This document shows, one piece after another, positions 54,176 to 64,000 of a stretch of 64,000 nucleotides of DNA. Below the pieces are notes generated by a model that made no database searches, was not told the DNA's origin, and worked only from the letters and a program-made list of their open reading frames with translations. Position numbers and translations under genes: made by a program. The DNA comes from Octopus sinensis (Eukaryota). Numbering within the stretch: the first letter of the stretch is position 1; each line of letters starts with the position of its first letter. The stretch lies in NCBI RefSeq assembly GCF_006345805.1, contig NC_042998.1:16306001-16370000 (forward strand). The letters are read 5' to 3'.

Positions 54176-55058
54176 AATATGTATGTATATATGTTTCTTA
54201 GCATATATGTAAATATAATTGCGTGTGTATATATCTGCGTGCATATCATAAAGAAATGTATTCGTCATTATCTGCCTTTCTCTCTCTCGCCCTCTTTCGC
54301 TCTCCCTCCAGAGACACTCACACACGCACATACACGCACGTGTACATAATCTCATTCACCTGTTACATATAACATGTTTCCTCGCTGTCCATCTTAATAT
54401 GTCTCCGGTACATTGTTTCTTCAGCTTGTCAATTGTCGGTCTGCCCTTATGTAGAATAGCTGAATGACATATAGCAAAGGACTCTTCTTCTCTTTCTCTG
54501 TCGCATTCTTTCGGATTCTGTCACTTTCTATCTATCACGATTCCCATACATATATTTACTAATGCGCTTTGTTACTTGTTTACATATAAGTACTCCATAC
54601 ATCTTTCTTCATACAGATACACATTACATACATAGTTTCATCTAAATCTTCTTTTTCTTCACCTCAAACTCTAAATTTCACTTCCCGCATGTGCTTATGT
54701 ATTTTTCTATGAGAATGAGAAATGAGAAATGCTTTTCCAAATAAAATTACACTTCAGATGTAATGTTCCAATGGAAGTATAGGGTGATACACAAGCACTC
54801 AGATGTAAGTAAGTTCTGCAAGCAGAAACAATTGTAAGCTAATGAAGATCATGATTTATCTTATTCCCATTCCTTTGTCATTTAATTAATTTCTTATTAC
54901 TGCACTGTGCTTCTTTTTGAGGCACTTATATACTGAGTTCTAAAAGCAGGTTACTAGTGTAGTTATGCCGAAGTGAAATGCTACTACTACTACTATTACT
55001 ACTACTACTACTACTACTACTACTAATACTACTACTACTACTACTACCACCACCACAG

Positions 55059-55115
<57 letters not shown>

Positions 55116-55267
55116 ATAATAATAATAATAATAATGGCTTCAACTTTTTGCACGAGGCAATCAATTTTGTGGAAGTTGTTAGTCGATTACATCTGCTATA
55201 TTTGAACCCAGAATGTAGACGGAGGAAATACTGTTAAACGTACACAATTTATATTCATAAATACATC

Positions 55268-55790
55268 AACCAAGTACCTGATGCGCAAAAGGGATCGAGA
55301 TGCAGGAAAAGCAGTAAAATGTGACAACTGTTGCAGATTTTGTGGAGTTAACACCGAAAGTATCATCCACATCATATGCAGTTGTTCGAAAATCTCATCA
55401 CTGTATTATCTACCGATGAGACATGATATTGTAGCTAAGACACTATACTGAAATCCGTCGGAAGGATTATCTCGAGGACAAAGAAATAAGAACCCACAGT
55501 ATGGTAGAAGCCATAACCACTCATAATAAAAAGGAGTATTAGTGGTATGTTCTAGTGAAGACCTCAATAAAAGATAAGCACAAAAGGCCTGATATAATGC
55601 CTTGGGATAAGGAAGAGTAACTGTGCACAGTTGTGGAAATTAGTAGTCCAGTGAAAAAGAGAACACCTACGCCGAACTATTGAGACATCTGCAGTTACTC
55701 TATGTAAATTACAAGTTCAGGTATATACCGGTAATTATTGGAGCCCTGGGATATGTAACGCACTGCCTAAATACCAATCTTTTGAAAATA
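55268..55790 (+). pseudogene. R4/Dong-like non-LTR element C-terminus (CCHC plus restriction-like endonuclease)
   Basis: CRFCGVNTESIIHIICSC, MRHDIVAK, KRPDIMPWDK, TVVEISSP, YIPVIIGALG; stops and frameshifts present. Confidence 0.85.
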
Positions 55791-55793
55791 GGC

Positions 55794-55853
<60 letters not shown>

Positions 55854-58138
55854 CACACACACACGCACACACACACACACACATATATATGAGCATGTCT
55901 AGATATGTAACTATATGCATGACAATACATACATAAAGAAAAACATACAAATCTCCACATATACATATATACATACAGACAAAATCATACCCTGTTGTTG
56001 ATATGGAAATTCCAATGAAGGAGTTTTGAATCCAGGTGAGAAACCGGCTTTTTCTTTATTGGCAAAAAATCTCGAAATAATATTGAATAATTACATATTC
56101 CGTTAATCGTACACGCCGTATATGCATATATACATTCATACATATGTATATAAAGATATGTATATGAACACATATATGTGTGCGCGTGTATGTGCGTGTG
56201 TGAGTGAGTGTGAAGTAGAGAGAGTGAATGTCTCGAGTATTCGCAAACAAATACAAAAAAAAAATAAGGCAAGGAATAACACAATCCTCTATCATGACAA
56301 ATACTTTCGTCAACCCACATTACAGAAAATGTTCATTTAACAAAACCAACATGTTATCTTTGTGAAGGGTGTGCACCTGATATCTTCCATTAAAATATTC
56401 TTAGCAGATTGTCTCAAAAGCTCCTAATATTAGTTTTTGCGCCCAGTGCAATATTTGTCCATTATTTCAACACATCCTTCTTTGAACTGTCCGAAGTAAA
56501 TGTTTAAGAGAACTCTTTGTGTTGCCAAAGTTTCCTTATCAATATGTAATTTAAATGTGTACTGTATATACATACTGAAATTATAACGGAATCACAACAA
56601 TCATACATCGTGCCGAAATTTCTGAAGTCCCGATAGAATTATTGTATAATAATAAGTTAAATCAGGTGATTTTATAGTTTACATAGAAACAAATGCAAAT
56701 TCAATATCGATTGCCTCGTAACTTTATTTCACTACATTTCTGCATACAATTTCCCTTTACAAATTTATGATCAGCACGTTATCTCATCTTAACAACGATG
56801 GCAACAGTAAATATTTTTATAGTTACTTAAAAGTTGCTGTGAATTAATCTCTATAGAAATGTTCTGGAATGAAAAAATAGCATCTTCATCCAATGTAGTA
56901 AAGATATACAACAAGGCATGATGTAGACAAAGTGGCTGTGAGGGATCGGTTTCTCATATACAAACACCCATTATCTATGTATCTCAGCTACATTGATATA
57001 TCTTGATAAGTTATAAGCAAAGATTATATTCTGTGTTGTGTCTCATATGTTTCATTTTCATATCTCTTGGTGAAGATTACATTGTAAAGGGGAAATGTAC
57101 ATGCATAGAATATGTAAAAGAGGAAATTCAATTCCATATATATCTGCAATCTTGCAATATCATAGCAACAAGTTCATCGCTATTCATTCCATGGTAACCT
57201 GTAAATTCTATGAATTAATCAATGTACCGAACCACAGAATAAAATGGGATTATTCCAAAACATATTTGCAAATAAAAGAATTTCTTCAGAAGAGGAATAA
57301 TTTCTGAAAGGTTAATGTTGAAAGTTGCATGTTTATTAGCATCTTTACAAGCGCAAAACCGGAAATAAATATATTTCACAGTCAGCTGTTAAATTTCATG
57401 GCGCTTTAAAGAAGAGAGGGATAAAATACTCTTGTTTCCAACATAAAGATGAAAGGAGTAACACAAAACAATCCGTTCAAAATTGATATCTGTGTAAATT
57501 TTCTTTCATTAGCACCGCTCTCACATCAAAGGAACGCACAGCGCAGAAAGTTTTAAAGTAAAATACGAGTAAGTTTATAGAAAGTTGCAAGCCACAAAGA
57601 AAAATACAGTTGATTTTGACAGACTTGTTCACTGGACGGTATTCAAGTCTGAGATATGAGTGAACGAAAAGAAAATTAAACGAGAAATATATGGTAAAAA
57701 GAGACAGAGATGGAAGGATTCTAAGACAGAATGAATGAATGGAAAAGAAACAGTAGGCGATGAAGACAATACATAGAGGAGAAGTAGATTCTGATGAGAA
57801 GTAGATGTGTGAGAGGGAAATACAAAGAGTGGAGCACGATAGGAAGAGGGAGGAAAGAAAGATTTAATCTCATTTCGCCGACAGGTATTTTGGCAGCAAT
57901 TCTAACCTTATAAATGGGAGATAGCCAAAGTAATCTGAATATCGACTTAGACATAAACACACACAAACGCATATTCGTACACATACGAATACATGCCGAC
58001 ACACTTTAGCTCATACACAAATGTTATGTACATATATATACATATACACATATAATTATTTTTATATATGTACCAGTATGTATGTATATATATATATATA
58101 TACATACATACACAGAAACATACACATACGCACACATA

Positions 58139-58192
<54 letters not shown>

Positions 58193-58548
58193 CATGTGTG
58201 TATATATACATACACACATACGTGTGTATATATTTATATATGCCTATGAATGAATCTATGGATGAAAACAAATATATAAGTATGCATACACAGACGTAAA
58301 CATATACACAACCACGCGCAAACACACACATATCCCTGTCTGTGTATGCAATCTATTATGTGTGTATATGTATAGATATATATTGTGTATGCGCATCTAT
58401 TAATTTACATACACGTACGTACATATAAATCTATGTAAATATGTATGATATTTATATACTCATATATAATATATATTTGTATACAATTATAATAACTTAT
58501 ATATATATATACATATACATGTACATATATATATATATGTACATATAT

Positions 58549-58621
<73 letters not shown>

Positions 58622-58690
58622 ATATTTGTGTGTATAAATGTGTCATTGAAATACATCTATATGAATTTCTCTCTACAAGCATAAGCATAA

Positions 58691-58752
<62 letters not shown>

Positions 58753-58756
<4 letters not shown>

Positions 58757-61426
58757 TTTGATACTTTGATACTTTGATAGGTTTCGGCCATTATTGGCCC
58801 AGGCCATGTCTAACTCAATAGCACCACCTGGTGAAGTCTTTCAAGTCAGAATTTGGGCACTATGGCCCACTCAAGTAGAGAGTTATTGTTTACAGAGACA
58901 TATCCGGGTGTAGGGGGTTTATCCGGGATTTCTTGAAGGAATCTGTCCAAAGACTTCTTGAACCCTATAGGGTCAGTTTCTGTTTTAATGTGTTTTGGTG
59001 TAATGTTAAAGAGAGCGGGGCCAATTGAGGTGAAATAATTGTGCCGTATTGTTGTTATGAGATGAGAGTGCGATTTTTGTTTTGGGCGGATGGCACGGGG
59101 CCCAAGCCTTGGATGTACCTTAAAGGTGATGCCAACATCATTTGGGCAATGCTGATGGAACATTTTCCACATCATGCAGATGATGTAGCGCTCACGACGA
59201 CGTTGGAGAGAATAGAGTTTTAGCTTTTCTAGTCGACCCCAATAGTCGAGGCCTGTCATGCCATCTATCTTTTTTGTGATTGCCCTTTGAGGTGCTTCAA
59301 CTTTTATGATACCTTGTATTGTGTGGGGAGACCACAGTGGACAACAGTATTCAAGGTGGGGTCGGGCAAAAGTGGAGAAGAGAAGGATAATGGTGTGGAT
59401 ATCTCTCGACTGGAAAGTTCTGAGAATCCAGGAACACATTCTGCGGGCCATGTCAACTTTGGTGTTTATATGAGTGGCCCAGCTTACGTTGTTGTCCACA
59501 ATTACTCCCAAGTCTCTGATGTTGTTGGACGCCGCGAGAGTTTCACCTGAAGGAAGGGAGTATGGGAGTTTCAGGGCATCCTCTTTTCCAAAGTGGATTA
59601 GCTCAAATTTATCCTCGTTCAGCAGCATATTGTTTTTTTCTGCCCATTGGATAACAGCCAGTAGATCTGACTGAAGGCATGTCCGGTCACTCGCCTCATT
59701 TATGACCTTCTGTAGCTTGGAGTCATCTGCAAAGATTTTTATGTTGCTGTGCTTGATGATGTCATTAATGTCATTAATGTAAATGATGAAAAGAAGTGGG
59801 CCCAGCACAGTGCCTTGCGGAACGCCACTACTGACTTTGGCTGGGCTTGATTTTACCCCTTCAACTACAACATGTTGAGATCTGTCTGTCAGGAAACACT
59901 TAATCCATTTCAGTAACTTTCCAGAGACACCAATGTTGGATAGTTTTTTCAATAGGATCTTGTGATCGACCCTGTCGAAGGCCTTACTGAAATCAAGGTA
60001 GATGACATCGGTGTTGGAGCCCTCTCCCAAAGCTCTCAAAATGTCCTCAAAGTGATGCAGGAGCTGCGTTAGGCAGTCCCTTCCATTACGGAACCCATGT
60101 TGGTTGGAGATCAGCCGTCTGTTGCTTTCCAGAAATTGGGTTATTCGAGATCTCACCACCCTCTCAAATACCTTGATGATATGAGAGGTGAGTGAGATCG
60201 GACGGTAATTCACTGCAAGGGACTTGTTTCCCTTTTTGAAAACTGGGACAACAGACTGGGACAGAAGGTTTTTTGGAATATAGCCAGCATCCAGTGAGTT
60301 TCTCCACAGATTAGCAAGGGGAGATGCAAGTTGGTGTCGACACACCTTCAGGACACAAGCAGGGAACCTATCGGGGCCTACTGCTGAATTGTGTTTTATT
60401 TCGTTTATCGCCGCTAAGACATCAGGGGCACTAAACGTTATGTCCGATATAGTGTGTTGGGGGTTGACATCACTGATACAGCCCAGATCGGCCATATCAG
60501 GATTGCTGAAAACAGAGCAGTATTGTTTCTGCAGTATCTCGGCCATGGATTTGGCATTATCTTGGAGAGTGCCAGTTTCGTCAATTAGAGGGCCTACAGT
60601 GGAGACAGTGACCCTGCGTTTCCTCGCAAATGAAAAGAACACTTTGGGGTTGAGTTTGATTTTTTCAATGGCCCACTTCTCCTCAGCTGATCTTTGGTTA
60701 TTGATGAGGGTCTTCATGCATTGTTGGAGGTTATATTTTTTGGATTCAAGCAGTGCGATAGCCGTCGAATGTGTGTGTTGCTGTTGGCAGTACTTTAGTT
60801 TGTTAATTTTTTTGTTTGTTCTTTTTATTTTTCTGATAATGGTTTTTCTGTTTTGGGGGATTCTGCACTTTTTGTTCACAGGTCTTGGTGGGGAGTGTTT
60901 TGCACATATGTCTGTGACGGTGTCTACAAAGATCTGCCAAGATGTTTTATGGTTGGTGGAGATGTGTGTATGTGTAAAGGACCAGTCAACATTTGATAGC
61001 TCGTTCCTGATTGCATCCCAGTTGGCTTTATGGAGATCCATGTTGTCAAATGGGTGGGCTGGAGGAAGGTCACTAGGATTAGCTTTCGGCTGGTGGAATT
61101 TCATGTTACAGAGAACCATGTCATGGTCTGAAAGAAGGGTTTTTTCCACTGTAACGTTATGTATAGTGTTAGTGTGGTTACTAAACACTAGGTCCAAAAT
61201 GTTCTGATGTCTTGTTGGTGCAAGGACAAGTTGGGACAAGAAAAACTCATTCGTAAAGTCGAAAAGTGACTCTGCTGCTTCTTTGTCAGCGGTTGAGGCG
61301 GGAGTGCTTGGTTTCAAACAGTTTGTAGTCCAGTCAACACAGGGTAGATTGAAGTCTCCCATCATGAGTATGTTGCTAGAATGGCACTGTTGAATAAAGC
61401 ACTTAATGCTGTTGAGGCATTCTTTG

Positions 61427-61430
<4 letters not shown>
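58753..61430 (-). mobile_element. Young CR1-like LINE, 5'-truncated inside the APE domain, (TATCAAAG)n tail
   Basis: Flanked by (TA)n on both sides; 3' UTR stem-loop and 8-mer tail at 58753-58800. Confidence 0.95.
58846..61425 (-). CDS. LINE ORF2 (partial APE endonuclease plus complete reverse transcriptase), uninterrupted
   Basis: MGDFNLP, TRHQNILDLVFS, SDHDMV, NYRPISLTS, YLDFSKAFD, GVPQGTVLGPLLF, FADD; the first ~19 aa of the listed 878-aa ORF come from microsatellite. Confidence 0.93.
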   Translation of the reverse strand, partial: KECLNSIKCFIQQCHSSNILMMGDFNLPCVDWTTNCLKPSTPASTADKEAAESLFDFTNEFFLSQLVLAPTRHQNILDLVFSNHTNTIHNVTVEKTLLSDHDMVLCNMKFHQPKANPSDLPPAHPFDNMDLHKANWDAIRNELSNVDWSFTHTHISTNHKTSWQIFVDTVTDICAKHSPPRPVNKKCRIPQNRKTIIRKIKRTNKKINKLKYCQQQHTHSTAIALLESKKYNLQQCMKTLINNQRSAEEKWAIEKIKLNPKVFFSFARKRRVTVSTVGPLIDETGTLQDNAKSMAEILQKQYCSVFSNPDMADLGCISDVNPQHTISDITFSAPDVLAAINEIKHNSAVGPDRFPACVLKVCRHQLASPLANLWRNSLDAGYIPKNLLSQSVVPVFKKGNKSLAVNYRPISLTSHIIKVFERVVRSRITQFLESNRRLISNQHGFRNGRDCLTQLLHHFEDILRALGEGSNTDVIYLDFSKAFDRVDHKILLKKLSNIGVSGKLLKWIKCFLTDRSQHVVVEGVKSSPAKVSSGVPQGTVLGPLLFIIYINDINDIIKHSNIKIFADDSKLQKVINEASDRTCLQSDLLAVIQWAEKNNMLLNEDKFELIHFGKEDALKLPYSLPSGETLAASNNIRDLGVIVDNNVSWATHINTKVDMARRMCSWILRTFQSRDIHTIILLFSTFARPHLEYCCPLWSPHTIQGIIKVEAPQRAITKKIDGMTGLDYWGRLEKLKLYSLQRRRERYIICMMWKMFHQHCPNDVGITFKVHPRLGPRAIRPKQKSHSHLITTIRHNYFTSIGPALFNITPKHIKTETDPIGFKKSLDRFLQEIPDKPPTPGYVSVNNNSLLEWAIVPKF

Positions 61431-61473
<43 letters not shown>

Positions 61474-62940
61474 CGCATACACTCATATACGCATACACAC
61501 ATGCATATGTATTACAGAAAATTAAGTATGCTTCGAACACAGTGATATTTATGTATGTAATGTTCTTTGCTCGTGAATATATTTCTACTCATTTTGTAGG
61601 TCTATTTTCTAAAATGCAACGTCTGTGTTTCTACCTGAAAACAAGCACTTTCTTAAGTAGGATCCATTATACTCTTGTTGTATATTCGTTATTGTCAATA
61701 TTTATTGAAAATAATTTACGTGGGAAAACTGAATACGTTTATTCATTGCTTGTTTAATATATATCCCGTATCCAACGAAATATCTTTTTGTGTATATGTG
61801 TATAAAGAATATGTTTACAGTTCTTACGTCCTTCTGTCTACCAATGATTGTTTACTTGATATCATAAACTATATTTTTCTTTTACTTTCTAATACATAAC
61901 ATTTCTATACTGTCTTCATCTCGTATATACCATCTGCGAGAAAATCTTTGGTGCACTTCTCAAATTTCACGATACTTAAGGTTTATTAATCGCATTAGTT
62001 CCGATTTCATACACGTGTGAGTCTATCGACAGCCCAGGATCTCCCAGCCATTTAGTCTTATAGATACATCTATGGTTCTTTTCGTGTTACGTATTACTTC
62101 TAATGATAAGTGCATCATGAGCTGAATTGCTTTGCCTGAGATCGGAACGTGGTCTCTGAAATGTTGAATCAAGTCTACAAGACTGCCATCGTAATTTCGA
62201 CATTATATTTAATTTTGGCTCAACACCACAGTGATAACATATCGGTGACAAATTTGAGGCATTAGATTATCTACAGTTTTATCTTTTATTTGTTTTAGTC
62301 TTTGGACTGAGTTCACGTTCGGACAGCGACTTGAAAGATTTTATTCGATCCCAGTCTATCAGCATCTTCTAAAGAACAACTCACATACGGGACGTAAACA
62401 AATCGTCATAGGTTTTAAAGATGGGCTTCCACAAATTTTCCTTCTACCAAATTTCATTACTCAAGTTGCCGCAAATTGGGACTGAATCCGAAAAGCAGTG
62501 GTTACACAGCGAGTATAGTAACCTATAGGCATCCCTATACCTACAGAATTTTTAGATTAGAATTTTAGGAGGTAGATTTTAAAAAATAAGTCTCCCTTGT
62601 CGGTACAATGTCATTTATTATATATAAAATTCGTATGAAGATACGTTGCATAACTAATGTATTACCGGTCTATTTAAAGAACCAACAAACTAATGATTTC
62701 TACATTTTCAGAGAGCTCATTTAGAAAGCATTATACGCAAAGTGACTACCAATATCATAGACACAGAAAGAGGATATTGCTACTACAATGAGTCGTAATT
62801 CGGTGATAGCGATACCACCACGTAATATTAAGTCAGTGATATTTAAGATGGATTATATTAGCAGACACAAACACACACTATCACACACATACACACACAC
62901 ATATACACAGGCATATCACACATATGACAAAAGACCACTA

Positions 62941-63002
<62 letters not shown>

Positions 63003-63003
<1 letters not shown>

Positions 63004-63175
63004 TTCTTTTATTCTTTTACTTGTTTCAGTCATTTGACTGTGGCCATGCTGGAGCACTGCATTTAGTCGAACAAATCAAGGGCCAGAACCTATTCCCTAT
63101 TCCTTGTAACACTAGTATATATTCTATCGGACCCTTTTGATGAACCGCTAATTTACAGAGACGTAAACACACTAG
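63003..63175 (-). mobile_element. SINE family A, 3' part
   Basis: TTTTACTTGTTTCAGTCATTTGACTGTGGCCATGCTGGAGCAC is the reverse complement of the tail. Confidence 0.85.
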
Positions 63176-63220
63176 TAAGCGATGGGAGAGGGGAGAAACA
63201 ACTACATACATGCATACATA

Positions 63221-64000
63221 CATCATCATCATCATTGTTCGATGGAATTTACTACGCTACGCCAGACTTCACGGCCCATCATGGCATTAAGGAGGTCCTG
63301 TTGCTGGATGCCTGTATCCCTGGAGATTACATCAGGGTAGGAGAGTGTGCGCCCTCTGTTATTGCGAGTAGATGGCTTCCAGAGGAGAAGAGTAGAAATT
63401 ACTTCTTATTCAGCTCTACAACAATGTCCAGCAAACTGGACTCTCCTACCTTTCACAAGAGATGACAAAGGTGGTAGTTTCCCATATATTTGCATTTTGG
63501 TTGGATGGCGCTTCCACGAGAGATTTTGAGCTCTCATAAGGAGGCAAGTGTAGGTTCCATCCAACCGCCTCTCAAGCTTCTTTGATAACGTCCAGGTTTC
63601 TGAGCCATATAGTAGAATTGGTTCGACTGTGGCTTTGAATATTTGAAGTCTCTATTTAGATTTGATGACCAGATCTTATGCATGTCATTACAGGCTGATC
63701 AGGCCATACCCTTTCTAGGTAGAAAGTCTTTTCCAGATGATGATATGTATGACCCAAGATATTTATAATCAGAAACCATATTTAAGGGCGCGTTGTTGAG
63801 AGTATGGATGATGCAATCACTGTTGGACAGGCACTTGTTTATGTATTCAGTTTTGGCCTCATCGAGGTAAAGACCTACACAATTTGAGGCTTGTTCAAGA
63901 GATTGTAAAAGAGACTGGGCATTGGAGAGAGAATCACTGATAAGAGCGATGTCGTCAGCAAAGTCTGTGTCTGTCAAGTCCTCAGCTGGGTGTCTGGAAC
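63221..64000 (-). mobile_element. RTE-like LINE (RT C-terminal half to 3' end), runs off the window
   Basis: TDFADDIALIS, GLYLDEAKTEY, YKYLGSYI, KKLERRLDGTYT; (GAT)n tail; stops and frameshifts. Confidence 0.9.

Noticed and set aside
60389-61207. 272-aa plus-strand ORF
   Set aside because: It is the antisense shadow of the LINE ORF2 and has no recognisable domain.

Overview
AT-rich, microsatellite-dense, intergenic or intronic eukaryotic DNA. The SINE families and repeat style suggest an octopus or other coleoid cephalopod (inference from recall, not a database search). I could not support any host protein-coding gene, and most listed ORFs are microsatellite artefacts. The window is a retroelement graveyard: Penelope-like elements (RT + GIY-YIG), four CR1-like LINEs (one with an uninterrupted ~860-codon ORF), a long Tx1/L1-like LINE, RTE and R4-like fragments, three SINE families, a Gypsy gag remnant, a mariner remnant, a Helitron, a MITE and a tandem-plus-inverted ~491-bp array. 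There is a 100-N scaffold gap at 50317-50416. The main structure beyond routine annotation is a set of type I hammerhead ribozyme folds with palindromic stem III. One, with a compensatory G3:C8 core, sits inside a repeated fold-back element flanked by a 12-bp direct repeat. Two SINE/LINE 3'-tail partnerships are also readable directly in the window. All folds and alignments were done by eye and none is experimentally or computationally verified.
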